Below are positions 18,300 to 28,562 of a stretch of DNA of 64,000 nucleotides, piece after piece (within the stretch, counting starts at the first letter, position 1; each line of letters starts with the position of its first letter). Position numbers and translations under genes: made by a program. The DNA comes from an uncultured Desulfarculus sp. (lineage in GTDB: Bacteria > Desulfobacterota > Desulfarculia > Desulfarculales > Desulfarculaceae), in NCBI GenBank assembly GCA_963665125.2, contig CAXXUK010000001.1, forward strand, positions 1,760,001 through 1,824,000, in the 5' to 3' direction. The notes under the pieces were generated by a model, which saw only the letters and a list, made by a program, of their open reading frames with translations, was not told where the DNA came from and did not search any database.

Positions 18300-19034
18300 G
18301 TGAGCCGCAAGCATCAAGGCGAATCCGGTTTTGACCCCCAGGGCTGGATGTTTACCTTCAGCGACCTGGTCACGCTGCTGCTTACGTTTTTTGTAATGCT
18401 GCTGGCCATGCAAAAGCCGGCTGTCGTCAAGTTCCGGGAGGCCTTCGGCATGTTCAGCGGCGGCGGCGGCAGCGGCGTGATGACCATCTCGGACCAGCAG
18501 GGCGTCCAGGAGTTCCGCCGGATCATGCAGCAACTCAGCGACGCTTCGGACATCCAACAATCCCAGGCCGAATTGGCCAGGCTGATGGAGTTGCCCGAGG
18601 CCAACGAGTTGGGCATATCAGGCGCGTTGCAGCCCGGCCTACAGGTCCGCAGGGAAAAAAGGGGCACGGTGATCACCCTTGCCAATGACCTGCTTTTCCT
18701 CCCGGGTCAGGCGGGCCTGACGCCCAAGGCAGTGGAATCCATCAACCAGGTGGCCCAGGTATTGAAGCACAGCAGCGTGCCCATCGCCGTCGAGGGCCAT
18801 ACCGATGCCAGCAAACCGGGCCAGGGTTCGTCGTTCGAGGACAACTGGTCATTGTCCCTGGCCCGCGCCCACAATGTATTACTCGCGCTGGTCGACCCCG
18901 GCGGCATCGACCCGGCCCGCCTGCGCCTGGGTGCGCTGGCCGACACAAGGCCCCTGGTGCCCAACGACACCGCTGAACACAGAGCCATGAACCGCCGCAC
19001 GGAAATCGTGCTTTTGGCGCCAAATCAGAATTAA
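18300..19034 (+). CDS. motB: MotB/PomB stator subunit 2 (canonical)
   Basis: WMFTFSDLVTLLLTFF motif and OmpA-like domain (EGHTD...NWSLSLARA...NRRTEI). Confidence 0.92.
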   Translation: MSRKHQGESGFDPQGWMFTFSDLVTLLLTFFVMLLAMQKPAVVKFREAFGMFSGGGGSGVMTISDQQGVQEFRRIMQQLSDASDIQQSQAELARLMELPEANELGISGALQPGLQVRREKRGTVITLANDLLFLPGQAGLTPKAVESINQVAQVLKHSSVPIAVEGHTDASKPGQGSSFEDNWSLSLARAHNVLLALVDPGGIDPARLRLGALADTRPLVPNDTAEHRAMNRRTEIVLLAPNQN

Positions 19035-19046
19035 AAGGAGTCCGCC

Positions 19047-19601
19047 ATGGCTGAAGAAGATCTGGATATGGAGACCGGCGAGGAGGCCGGCGGAGAGCAA
19101 TCCGAAGAAAAAAAAGGCGGCGGCAAGCTGATTATCATCATCATCGTGTTGGTGGTGGTGCTGTTTGGCGGCGGTTTTGCCGGTTGGTGGTTTTTCCTGT
19201 CCGGGCCCGATGAAGCGCCTGCGGACAAGCAGGAGCAAACCAAGACTGAAGACGCCGAGGAAAAAGACAAGGATGCTGCCGCGGGGGAACAAAAACCGGG
19301 CACCATCGTGGACATGAAGCCTTTCGTGGTCAACTTGGCCGATCCCGGCGGAAAGCGCTACCTCAAGCTGACCATGGCCGTGGACGCCGGAGATGAAAAG
19401 CTGCGCCAGGAAATAGAATCGCGAATGCCCCAGATCCGCGACTCCATCCTGCTGCTGTTGACCAGTAAAAAATATGAGGACGTAGCCGCCGCGGCGGGCA
19501 AGATCAGGCTGAAAAACGAACTATTAAAGGTAATTAACCGATATTTGAAGGGCGCGGGCGCTGTCCACGCCATATACTTTACCGAGTTCGTGATCCAATA
19601 G
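19047..19601 (+). CDS. fliL: Flagellar basal body-associated protein FliL
   Basis: TM segment, PFVVNLAD...RYLK, QIRDSIL, IYFTEFVIQ. Confidence 0.93.
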   Translation: MAEEDLDMETGEEAGGEQSEEKKGGGKLIIIIIVLVVVLFGGGFAGWWFFLSGPDEAPADKQEQTKTEDAEEKDKDAAAGEQKPGTIVDMKPFVVNLADPGGKRYLKLTMAVDAGDEKLRQEIESRMPQIRDSILLLLTSKKYEDVAAAAGKIRLKNELLKVINRYLKGAGAVHAIYFTEFVIQ

Positions 19602-19610
19602 GATGGCATC

Positions 19611-20594
19611 ATGAGCAAGATTCTGACTCAGGACGAAGTCGACGCCTTATTAAAAGGCATGAGCGGCGGTGAAATCGAGGTAGAGACCGACGCGGGCCCA
19701 GAGGCCGACGGCGTCATAGTCTACGACCTGACCAACCAGGACCGGATCATCCGGGGGCGCATGCCCACACTGGAGATCATCAACGACCGCTTTGCGCGGC
19801 TGTTCCGCACCACCTTGTCCAGCGCCATACGCAAGATCGTGGACATGACCACCACCAGCGTGGACATGGTCAAGTTCGGTGAGTTCATGCGTTCGCTGCC
19901 GGTGCCCACCAGCCTGCACATTTTCAAGATGGACCCCCTGCGGGGCCACGCCATATTCGTTTTGGAATCAAAGCTGGTCTTCAACCTGGTGGAGACCTTC
20001 TTTGGCGGCACCGGCGGCGGCAACGTCAAGATCGAGGGCCGCGACTTCACGGCCATTGAGCAGCAGCTCACTCGCAAGGTGGTGATGCTGGCCCTCAAGG
20101 ACATGGAAAACGCCTGGAAGCCGGTCCATGAAGTGACCATGGTTTACAGCCGTACGGAGATCAACCCCCAGTTCGCGTCCATCGTGCCGCCCACCGACGT
20201 GGTTATCGTGGTCAAGTTCGAACTGGAGATGGAGCACACCGCGGGCACGGTCACGGTTTGCATCCCCTACTCCACCATTGAGCCCATCCGGACCAAGCTT
20301 TACGCAGGTTTCCAAAGCGATCAACTCGAGGTGGACCACGAGTGGATGCGCCGCTTCCGGCAACAGCTCCGGGCGGCCATGGTCGACTTCACGGTGGAGC
20401 TGGGCCGCACGGAGATCACCAGCGGCCAGCTGCTCAACCTGAAAGAAGGCGACGTATTACAGTTGGACACCGACGCCAACGGCAAACTGGTTGGAATGGT
20501 TGAGGGCGTGCCCAAATTCCAGGGCCGGCCCGGTCAAGTGAGAGGCAATAAGGCCTTCCGCGTGGAAGGTTTCGTGGAAAGCTCGGTCGACTAA
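19611..20594 (+). CDS. fliM: Flagellar motor switch protein FliM
   Basis: [11 protein letters not shown]heY-binding motif; [15 protein letters not shown]. Confidence 0.96.
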   Translation: MSKILTQDEVDALLKGMSGGEIEVETDAGPEADGVIVYDLTNQDRIIRGRMPTLEIINDRFARLFRTTLSSAIRKIVDMTTTSVDMVKFGEFMRSLPVPTSLHIFKMDPLRGHAIFVLESKLVFNLVETFFGGTGGGNVKIEGRDFTAIEQQLTRKVVMLALKDMENAWKPVHEVTMVYSRTEINPQFASIVPPTDVVIVVKFELEMEHTAGTVTVCIPYSTIEPIRTKLYAGFQSDQLEVDHEWMRRFRQQLRAAMVDFTVELGRTEITSGQLLNLKEGDVLQLDTDANGKLVGMVEGVPKFQGRPGQVRGNKAFRVEGFVESSVD

Positions 20595-20622
20595 CGCTTC
20601 CCGAGCGGAGAGGATTTGGGAA

Positions 20623-20997
20623 ATGGCTGATGATTGGGACGCCGCGGCAGGCGGAGAAGCCGCATCCTTGGAGGACTTTGACGCGCCTGCGGGAGATATC
20701 GCCCCGGCCGATGGCGGAGGGGCCTTGCAGCAGCCCACGCAGAACATCGACTTCATCCTGGACATCCCCCTGGAAGTCACGGTGGAGCTGGGCCGCACGT
20801 CCATGCTGATCAACGACCTGTTGCAGCTGGGCCAGGGTTCGGTGATCGAACTCAACAAGCTGGCCGGTGAGCCTTTGGAAATCCTGGTCAACCGCAAGCT
20901 CATCGCCCGCGGCGAGGTCGTGGTGGTCAATGAAAAATTCGGCGTGCGCCTGACCGACATCGTCTCGCCCATCGAGCGGGTCAAGTCCCTGGGCTGA
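20623..20997 (+). CDS. fliN: Flagellar motor switch protein FliN
   Basis: [14 protein letters not shown]...[16 protein letters not shown]. Confidence 0.96.
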   Translation: MADDWDAAAGGEAASLEDFDAPAGDIAPADGGGALQQPTQNIDFILDIPLEVTVELGRTSMLINDLLQLGQGSVIELNKLAGEPLEILVNRKLIARGEVVVVNEKFGVRLTDIVSPIERVKSLG

Positions 20998-21440
20998 TGA
21001 TGAAGCGATTGCCGGTCATATTGGCTAGCGCCCTGACCTGGGCCGCGCCCATTGCCGCCCTGGCCCAGGAAAAGGCCCCGGCCCCTCCCCCGTCGTCGGA
21101 TCTGGGCTGGGCCCTGGTCAAGACGGCGGCTGGCCTGGCCCTTGTGCTGGCGCTGTTGTTCGGCCTGGTCTGGCTGCTGCGCCGGTTAAGCCCGGCTGCG
21201 GCGGGCACGGGCAACGAGCAATTTCGCATGGTTGGCCGTCTATCCCTGGGGCCTCGCAAATGGCTGGGCCTGGTGGAATTGGGCGGCCGCATACTGGTCA
21301 TCGGGGTCAGTGAATCGGGCATCCGGCACATCGAAACCATCGAGGACCCGGAATTGCTCCAACAGCTTTCAGTCCCCAGGCAGGGTTTTTCCAAGATCCT
21401 GCAAAAGGCCAGGGGCACGGCAACGGATGGCGGCCAATGA
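20997..21440 (+). CDS. fliO: Flagellar biosynthesis protein FliO
   Basis: TM then LSLGPRKWLGLVELGGRILVIGVSE; lies between fliN and fliP. Confidence 0.88.
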   Translation: MMKRLPVILASALTWAAPIAALAQEKAPAPPPSSDLGWALVKTAAGLALVLALLFGLVWLLRRLSPAAAGTGNEQFRMVGRLSLGPRKWLGLVELGGRILVIGVSESGIRHIETIEDPELLQQLSVPRQGFSKILQKARGTATDGGQ

Positions 21441-22195
21441 AAACAGCAGCGTGGATCATCGTTCTTGGAGCACTCCTGCTGGCCGCGGCCGCCCCGGCCG
21501 TTGCCCAGGAAAACCCCATCAATCTGCCTTCGATAACCATCGGCACCGGGGATGCGTCTTCTCCGGAACAGATATCGACAGCCATGCAGATTGTCATCAT
21601 GCTCACGGTGTTGAGCCTGGCCCCGGCCATATTGATCATGACGACCTGCTTCGTGCGCATAGCGGTGACGTTTTCGCTGCTGCGCAACGCCTTGGGCACG
21701 CCCCAGGTGCCCCCGGCCCAGATAGTGGTGGGCCTGGCCCTGTTCCTGACATTCTTTATCATGGCGCCGGTGTTCGGCGAGGTCCACGACAATGCGTTCA
21801 AGCCCTATATGGACAACAAGATATCCCAGGAGCAGTTTTTCGAGCGGGCCGCGGCGCCCATGCGGGAGTTCATGCTCAAGCAGACCCGTAAAAAAGACCT
21901 GGGCCTGTTCATGAAGATATCCGGCGAGGAGCGCCCCCGAAACCGCGACGACATCACCCTGACGGCCCTGGTCCCGGCGTTTGTGATCAGCGAATTGCGC
22001 ACGGCCTTTGAGATCGGCTTTTTACTTTACGTGCCGTTTTTGGTCATCGACATGGTCGTGGCCTCGGTGCTTTTGTCCATGGGCATGATGATGCTGCCGC
22101 CGGTGATGATATCGCTACCGTTCAAGCTGATGTTGTTCGTGCTGGTTGACGGCTGGTATCTGGTGGTGGGCTCTCTGGTCCGCAGCTTTGCGTGA
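21437..22195 (+). CDS. fliP: Export gate protein FliP
   Basis: LTVLSLAPAILIM, PAFVISEL, MGMMMLPPVMISLPFKLMLFVLVDGW. Confidence 0.97.
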   Translation: MKTAAWIIVLGALLLAAAAPAVAQENPINLPSITIGTGDASSPEQISTAMQIVIMLTVLSLAPAILIMTTCFVRIAVTFSLLRNALGTPQVPPAQIVVGLALFLTFFIMAPVFGEVHDNAFKPYMDNKISQEQFFERAAAPMREFMLKQTRKKDLGLFMKISGEERPRNRDDITLTALVPAFVISELRTAFEIGFLLYVPFLVIDMVVASVLLSMGMMMLPPVMISLPFKLMLFVLVDGWYLVVGSLVRSFA

Positions 22196-22203
22196 GGAAA
22201 AAA

Positions 22204-22473
22204 ATGACCATTGATTTTATCGTGGGATTCGCAAGACAGGGCATGGAGATCACCCTGCTCATGGCCGGTCCGGTGCTGGGCGTGGGCATGGTGGTGGGCC
22301 TGATGGTCAGCATCTTTCAGTCGGTGACCCAGATTCAGGAAATGACCCTGACCTTCGTGCCCAAAATTCTGGCCGTCATGCTGACCCTGCTGTTGGTGGG
22401 CCCCTGGATGCTCAACAAGATGCTGGCTTTCACGGAGTCGGTGATCACCAACATACCGAATTATATCAAGTAG
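22204..22473 (+). CDS. fliQ: Export gate protein FliQ
   Basis: SIFQSVTQIQEMTLTFVPK. Confidence 0.96.
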   Translation: MTIDFIVGFARQGMEITLLMAGPVLGVGMVVGLMVSIFQSVTQIQEMTLTFVPKILAVMLTLLLVGPWMLNKMLAFTESVITNIPNYIK

Positions 22474-22485
22474 GCGTATCGGCGT

Positions 22486-23262
22486 ATGATCTTCAGTGAC
22501 GCAACATACCAGCAGTGGATGCATTTTTTGCTGATACTCATGCGTTGTTCTTCGCTGATCGCCTTTTTACCGTTTTTCGGTTCGCCCAATATCCCGGCAA
22601 CGGTGAAGGTCGGCCTGTCCCTGGGACTGGCCGTGTTTTTGTTTCCCCTGGTGAAAATCGACCCGGCCATCTTCCCCACCGGTCTGGATCAGTTTCTGCT
22701 GTTGGCCGTGGGAGAGGTCCTGATCGGGGGCATCATGGCCCTGACGGTGCGCCTGATGCTCACCGCCGTGCAGATCATGGGTCAGTTCGCCGGATTCCAG
22801 ATGGGCTTTGCCGTGGCCAACGTCATCGATCCAATGGGCGGCGGCCAGGTTTCGGTAGTCGGCCAGTTTTGCTATATAGTCGCCCTGCTCACCTTTTTTA
22901 CCGTGGGCGGGCACCACTGGTTTTTCCTGGCCATGGCCGACAGTTTCAAGATCGTGCCGCCGGGCGACTTCAATTTCAGTCAGATTCTGTTCGACCAGAT
23001 CATGAGCATCGCCGGCGACATGTTCATGGTGGCCGTCAAGATCGGAGCGCCGGTGATGGGCGCTCTCCTGGCCACCTCGGTGACCATGGGCATCCTGGCC
23101 AAGACCGTGCCCCAGATGAACATCCTCATCGTGGGCATGCCGCTCAAGATAGCGGTCGGCTTGTTTTTTCTCTCCCTTACGCTGGGCTTTCTGGTCAGCA
23201 CCATGGGGGACCAGTTCCTGGGCCTGGGCACCGTCCTGGGCGGTTTATTAAAGGCTATGTAG
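22486..23262 (+). CDS. fliR: Export gate protein FliR
   Basis: QMGFAVANVIDP, PQMNILIVGMPLK. Confidence 0.95.
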   Translation: MIFSDATYQQWMHFLLILMRCSSLIAFLPFFGSPNIPATVKVGLSLGLAVFLFPLVKIDPAIFPTGLDQFLLLAVGEVLIGGIMALTVRLMLTAVQIMGQFAGFQMGFAVANVIDPMGGGQVSVVGQFCYIVALLTFFTVGGHHWFFLAMADSFKIVPPGDFNFSQILFDQIMSIAGDMFMVAVKIGAPVMGALLATSVTMGILAKTVPQMNILIVGMPLKIAVGLFFLSLTLGFLVSTMGDQFLGLGTVLGGLLKAM

Positions 23263-23266
23263 GACA

Positions 23267-24361
23267 ATGGCGGATAAGGGCGCACAAGAAAAAACTGAAA
23301 AACCCACTCCAAAGCGAAGGTCCCAGGCCAGGGAAAAAGGCCAGGTCGCCAAGAGCACGGAGTTGGGCAGTTTCGGCGTGCTAACCGCGGGCCTATTGTG
23401 CATGTGGATGATGGGCGGTGCCATCTACGACCAGATTACCGGCATGCTCAGCCACAGCCTGGGTCATGTGGCGGAGACGCGTCTCAATATCGCCGACGTC
23501 CAAAACCTCTCCGTCAACGTGATGGGCCAATTCTTCAAGATCGTGTTCCCCTTTTTGTTGGCCACGGCGGTGCTGGCCATTTTACTCAATATCGTGCAGA
23601 CCGGTTTCATGATCGCCCCGTCCAGGCTCAAGCCTGATCTGAAGAAAATGAATCCTATCCAGGGGCTTAAAAAATTCGTCTCGATGCGCATGTTGGTGGA
23701 TGTATTTAAAAACACGGGCAAAATTGTATTTGTCGGCATGGTTGCGTACCTTGTGCTCGCCGATGAAATCAAAAACCTCCCCAACCTGGGCAAGCTTGGC
23801 TCCGTGGCGGCCAGCCTGTTGTATATCCTCGACGTGTGCCTGCGCATATTCATGTGGTGTATTTTGGCCATGTTGATCCTGGCCATCGCCGACTACGCCT
23901 ACCAAAAGTATGATTTCGAAAAAAACCTGAAGATGTCCAAACAGGAAATAAAGGACGAATTCAAGCAGACCGAAGGCGACCCCCAGGTCAAGGGCCGCAT
24001 CAGGCAGATGCAGCGGGAGGCCGCCCACAAGCGCATGATGACAAAGGTGCCCGAGGCCGACGTGGTCATCACCAACCCCACGCATCTGGCCGTGGCCCTG
24101 GTCTACAAGGCCGGTGATATGGACGCGCCCCAGGTCTTGGCCAAGGGCCAGAACAAGATCGCCGAAAAGATCAAGCAGATCGCCAGGGAGAACGACGTTC
24201 CCATCGTGGAGGACAAACCCTTGGCCCAGGCCCTGTACAAGGCGGTGGAGGTGGGGCAGTACATACCGTATGAGATGTTCGAGGCGGTGGCGACCCTGCT
24301 GGCCCACGTATACCGCCAGAAAAACGTGCACGAAAGCGTCCTGGACGCCATTAAAAAGTAG
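23267..24361 (+). CDS. flhB: Export switch protein FlhB
   Basis: EKTEKPTPKR, EGDPQVK, NPTH autocleavage motif. Confidence 0.97.
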   Translation: MADKGAQEKTEKPTPKRRSQAREKGQVAKSTELGSFGVLTAGLLCMWMMGGAIYDQITGMLSHSLGHVAETRLNIADVQNLSVNVMGQFFKIVFPFLLATAVLAILLNIVQTGFMIAPSRLKPDLKKMNPIQGLKKFVSMRMLVDVFKNTGKIVFVGMVAYLVLADEIKNLPNLGKLGSVAASLLYILDVCLRIFMWCILAMLILAIADYAYQKYDFEKNLKMSKQEIKDEFKQTEGDPQVKGRIRQMQREAAHKRMMTKVPEADVVITNPTHLAVALVYKAGDMDAPQVLAKGQNKIAEKIKQIARENDVPIVEDKPLAQALYKAVEVGQYIPYEMFEAVATLLAHVYRQKNVHESVLDAIKK

Positions 24362-24386
24362 GGTTTTCCCGAGGAGTCGATAAGGC

Positions 24387-26519
24387 ATGGCCGACACGGC
24401 CGACACAAAAAGGCGCAAATTTCCGGGCCTTCCGGCAATAGACGCCAACAACATATCCGAGGTGGGCCTGGCCATCGGCGTGGTGGGCATCCTGGTGGTG
24501 ATGATCCTGCCCTTGCCCACGTTCATTTTGGATATATTGCTGAGCTTCAACATCACCTTCGCCATCGTCATCCTGCTCACGGCCATGTACACCATCAGGC
24601 CCCTGGACTTCTCGGCGTTTCCCTCGGTGCTGCTGATCACGACCCTGTACCGGCTGTCGCTGAACGTCGCATCAACCCGTTTGATCCTGCTCAAGGGCGA
24701 CGAGGGATTCGACGCCGCGGGTAAAGTTATCGAGGCCTTCGGCCAGTTCGTGGTGGGAGGCAACTACATCGTCGGCTTCGTGGTGTTTTTGATCCTGGTT
24801 ATCATCAACTTCATGGTCATCACCAAGGGTTCGGAGCGTATCGCCGAAGTCGGCGCCCGCTTCACCCTGGACGCCATGCCCGGCAAGCAGATGGCCATCG
24901 ACGCCGACCTCAACGCCGGACTCATCGACGAAAACGAGGCCCGCGAGCGCCGGGCCGAGATCCGCCAGGAAGCGGACTTTTACGGCTCCATGGACGGCGC
25001 GGCCAAGTTCGTCAAGGGCGACGCCATCGCCGGCATCATCATCACAATCATCAACATCCTGGGCGGCCTGCTCATCGGCACCCTCCAGCAGGACATGCCC
25101 TTTGCCGAAGCGGCGACCACCTACACAGTGTTGACCATCGGTGACGGTCTGGTCAGCCAGATTCCGGCCCTGATCATCTCCACCAGCGCCGGTATCATCG
25201 TCAGCCGGGCCGCCGGCGACGTGTCCCTGGGCCAGGAATTCATGCGCCAGTTCAGCATGCAGCCCAAGGCCCTGGCCATTGCCGGCGGCATCATCTTCGC
25301 CTTCGGCATGGTGCCCGGTTTGCCCCACATCTCCTTCATGATCCTGGGCACCGGCGTCTGCGGCCTGGCCTATTTCATCATCCGGGCCAACAAGCAAATT
25401 TTGCAGCAGGAAGCGGAAGCCGTAGCCAAGGCCGAGACCATGCAACTGCAAGCGCCGCCGCCGCCAGGACCGGAACAGGTCGAGGCCCTGCTGCCTCTGG
25501 ACCTGATGGAACTGGAGGTGGGCTACGGCCTGATTCCCCTGGTGGACGAGGAGCAAAACGGCGACCTGCTGGACCGCATCCGCAGCATCCGTCAGCAATT
25601 GGCCCTGGAAATGGGTATCGTCGTGCCGCCGCTGCACGTGCGCGACAATCTCCAGCTCCGGCCCGGCGGGTACTCCATCCTGATCAAGGGCAACGAGGTG
25701 GCCAACGCGGAGCTGATGATCGAGTACCTGTTGGCCATGGACCCCGGCGACGCCAAGAAACAAATCGAGGGCATACCCACCAGGGAGCCGGCCTTCAACC
25801 TGCCCGCCACTTGGATACCCGAATCGCGCCGCGAGGAAGCCCAGTTCGCCGGATACCAGGTGGTGGACATGTCCACCATCATCGCCACCCACCTGACGGA
25901 AGTCATCCGCTCCCACAGCGACGAACTGCTGGGGCGCCAGGAGGTGGCGAGATTGTTGCAAAACCTGGGCAAGACCAATCCGGCGTCCGTGGACGAGCTC
26001 AAGGGCTTGTTGAGCCTGGGCAATCTGCAAAAGGTCTTGCAAAACCTGCTTCGGGAGCGGGTCAGCATCCGCGACCTTTTGACAATCGCCGAGACTCTGG
26101 GCGACTATGCGTCAATGACCAAGGACAACGAGGTGCTCACCGAGTACTGCCGCCAAAGACTGGCCCGGGGTATCCTCAAGAGCATCACCGGACCAGGCGT
26201 GGAAGACCTGTACGTCCTGACCCTGGACCCCACGGTGGAGGACACGATAACCGCCTCGATCCAGCAGACCGACCACGGGGCCTATCTGTCCCTGGCTCCG
26301 GACAACGTCCAGAAGATCATCAACGCCCTGCAGGCGGAGTTGGACAAGTTCGGAGCTTTGACCCAGCCGCCGGTGGTGTTATGCTCTCCGGTCGTGAGGC
26401 GGCACTTCCGGCGCATTGTCGAACGGTTCGTGCCGACACTGGCGGTGATAAGCCATAGTGAACTGGTCACCGACCTCACCGTGCATACGGTGGGCAACGT
26501 GGCCGTGAAAAAGAAATAA
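24387..26519 (+). CDS. flhA: Flagellar export protein FlhA
   Basis: RIAEVGARFTLDAMPGKQMAIDADLNAG; KFVKGDAIAG. Confidence 0.98.
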   Translation: MADTADTKRRKFPGLPAIDANNISEVGLAIGVVGILVVMILPLPTFILDILLSFNITFAIVILLTAMYTIRPLDFSAFPSVLLITTLYRLSLNVASTRLILLKGDEGFDAAGKVIEAFGQFVVGGNYIVGFVVFLILVIINFMVITKGSERIAEVGARFTLDAMPGKQMAIDADLNAGLIDENEARERRAEIRQEADFYGSMDGAAKFVKGDAIAGIIITIINILGGLLIGTLQQDMPFAEAATTYTVLTIGDGLVSQIPALIISTSAGIIVSRAAGDVSLGQEFMRQFSMQPKALAIAGGIIFAFGMVPGLPHISFMILGTGVCGLAYFIIRANKQILQQEAEAVAKAETMQLQAPPPPGPEQVEALLPLDLMELEVGYGLIPLVDEEQNGDLLDRIRSIRQQLALEMGIVVPPLHVRDNLQLRPGGYSILIKGNEVANAELMIEYLLAMDPGDAKKQIEGIPTREPAFNLPATWIPESRREEAQFAGYQVVDMSTIIATHLTEVIRSHSDELLGRQEVARLLQNLGKTNPASVDELKGLLSLGNLQKVLQNLLRERVSIRDLLTIAETLGDYASMTKDNEVLTEYCRQRLARGILKSITGPGVEDLYVLTLDPTVEDTITASIQQTDHGAYLSLAPDNVQKIINALQAELDKFGALTQPPVVLCSPVVRRHFRRIVERFVPTLAVISHSELVTDLTVHTVGNVAVKKK

Positions 26520-26556
26520 TCGGTAGACCCATACAAGCAGGGCGGAGAAGCGGTTT

Positions 26557-27639
26557 TTGCGCATCAAGCATTTCACAGCACCCAATATGACCCAGGCAAT
26601 GCGCCAGGTCCGGGAGGAACTGGGGCCTGACGCGGTTATTTTGTCCACGGGCAAGTCCGGCGGCATGGTCGAAATCGCCGCTGCGGTGGATGCCGACGCC
26701 CCGCCCCGCCCCAAGGCCGAATCAAAGCCGAGCCCCCAGGCCGAACCCCGCGTGGAGTTCAGCCAGGGCGATTTACAGGCCCTGGCCCAGCAAGTGGCCA
26801 ATCTCAGCAACCAGCTCTCGATCCATATGCTCCATAACGAGGCCGCGGGCAATTTCTCGGCCCGGCCCGAGGTGGCGCCTCTATTTGCCCACCTGAGCCA
26901 ACAGGAAGTGGCGCCGGAAATCATCGAATCGCTTTTACAGGACATGTCTTCGCCCCAAGGCCACGGCCTGTTGCCGCGCCTGGCCATCAGAATAAAAAAG
27001 ATGCTTCAGGTATCGACCGGGCCGGAACCGCAGGCGGGAGGATCGGCAATATGGGCCCTGGTTGGGCCCACCGGCGTGGGCAAGACCACCACCGTGGCCA
27101 AGCTGGCGGCCAATTACGGGCTCAAACAGGGTCTCAAGGTGGGCCTGATCACCCTGGACACCTTTCGCATCGCCGCGGCCGAGCAACTCAAGGTCTACGG
27201 CCAAATCATGCAATTGCCCATCATCGTGGCCGGTAATTCCCGGGAATACCAACGCGCCCTTGATGAATTGTCCGGATGCGAGTTGGTCGTAGTTGACACG
27301 GTGGGCCGAGCGCCGGGCGATGAAGGCAACCTGCTGGAATTGCGCTCCATCTTGGCCGCCGGGCCCCAAACCCAGAACCACCTGGTGTTGGCCTGTCCCA
27401 CAAGGGACGCCGACCAGGCCAGGGTGGCCCAGGCATTTGGCCAGTTCAATCCCAAGAGCCTCATTTTCACCAAGGTGGATGAGACCTCGATTTACGGGCC
27501 CATTCTCAACCAAGTGCGAAGAACCGGCCTGCCGGTGAGTTTTTTGACAACGGGCCAAAAGGTGCCCGATGATTTTGAACATGCAACTCTGGACGGCCTG
27601 GCCCGGCTTCTCATGCCGCGCCCGTCCCCCAGGGAATGA
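26557..27639 (+). CDS. flhF: SRP-family GTPase FlhF
   Basis: VREELGPDAVILS, GPTGVGKTTT, DTFRIAA, TKVDE, GQKVPDD. Confidence 0.95.
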   Translation: MRIKHFTAPNMTQAMRQVREELGPDAVILSTGKSGGMVEIAAAVDADAPPRPKAESKPSPQAEPRVEFSQGDLQALAQQVANLSNQLSIHMLHNEAAGNFSARPEVAPLFAHLSQQEVAPEIIESLLQDMSSPQGHGLLPRLAIRIKKMLQVSTGPEPQAGGSAIWALVGPTGVGKTTTVAKLAANYGLKQGLKVGLITLDTFRIAAAEQLKVYGQIMQLPIIVAGNSREYQRALDELSGCELVVVDTVGRAPGDEGNLLELRSILAAGPQTQNHLVLACPTRDADQARVAQAFGQFNPKSLIFTKVDETSIYGPILNQVRRTGLPVSFLTTGQKVPDDFEHATLDGLARLLMPRPSPRE

Positions 27640-27653
27640 TATTCGGGGAAATT

Positions 27654-28520
27654 ATGGACCAAGCCCAAACATTGAGACGCATGGCCCAAAAGCAGCAGTC
27701 CCAGGCAGGCGGCCGGCCCCTGCGCACCTTGGCCGTCACAAGCGGCAAAGGCGGCGTGGGCAAAACCAACATTACGGTCAACCTGGCCCTGTGCCTGTGC
27801 AAAATGGGCCATAAGGTGCTGATAATAGACGCGGACCTGGGCCTGGCCAACGTCGATGTCGTGCTGGGGCTCAACCCGCAATACACCATCAAGGACGTGA
27901 TCAATGGCGAAAAATCCATTGAAGAGGTCCTGGTGCAAGGGCCCGGCGGCATGCAAATCCTGCCCGCCACCAGCGGCGTGGCCGAGATGAGCAACCTGAC
28001 CCGCGATGAAAAAATGATGCTGTTGCAGGTATTCGACACCTTTGAGTTGGACGCCGATTTCGTGTTCATCGACACGGCCGCCGGCATCAGCGACACGGTG
28101 TTGTATTTCAACACCGCCGCCCAGCAGCGCATCGTCATTGCCACGGGTGAGCCCACCAGCCTAACCGACGCCTATGCCCTGATCAAGGTCCTGCATCTGA
28201 ATCACCAGCAAAACGACTTCAGCCTGCTGGTAAACAACGTGGCCGACGCCACCGAGGCCAAACAGGTCTACCGCAAGTTGGCCGCGGCCGCGGATCATTT
28301 TCTCGGCGGCGAGGTGTCCATTGATTATCTGGGCTTTTTACCCACCGACAAAAGCGTTCATAATGCCGTGATGCAGCAAAAACCGGTGGTGGAGGCATTT
28401 CCGGGCTCGGAGATAGCCAAGGCCTTTGTTAAGATGGCCAAAACAATCGAGGCGACACCGGCCGCCGGCAGTGACGGAAATATCAAGTTCTTCTGGCGCA
28501 GATTGGTGGCCTTGGCGTAA
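27654..28520 (+). CDS. flhG: MinD-like ATPase FlhG/FleN
   Basis: DQAQTLR N-terminus, SGKGGVGKT, DADLGLAN, EPTSLTDAYA. Confidence 0.95.
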   Translation: MDQAQTLRRMAQKQQSQAGGRPLRTLAVTSGKGGVGKTNITVNLALCLCKMGHKVLIIDADLGLANVDVVLGLNPQYTIKDVINGEKSIEEVLVQGPGGMQILPATSGVAEMSNLTRDEKMMLLQVFDTFELDADFVFIDTAAGISDTVLYFNTAAQQRIVIATGEPTSLTDAYALIKVLHLNHQQNDFSLLVNNVADATEAKQVYRKLAAAADHFLGGEVSIDYLGFLPTDKSVHNAVMQQKPVVEAFPGSEIAKAFVKMAKTIEATPAAGSDGNIKFFWRRLVALA

Positions 28521-28562
28521 ACTTTGAAAACAAAAGGCGATAACGGCGGATAAAGTTAATTT

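Noticed and set aside
24672..26042. 456-aa antisense ORF within flhA (and similar ones at 23582-24763, 31195-32481 and 58549-59898)
   Set aside because: All lie opposite conserved genes and are typical GC-rich shadow ORFs.
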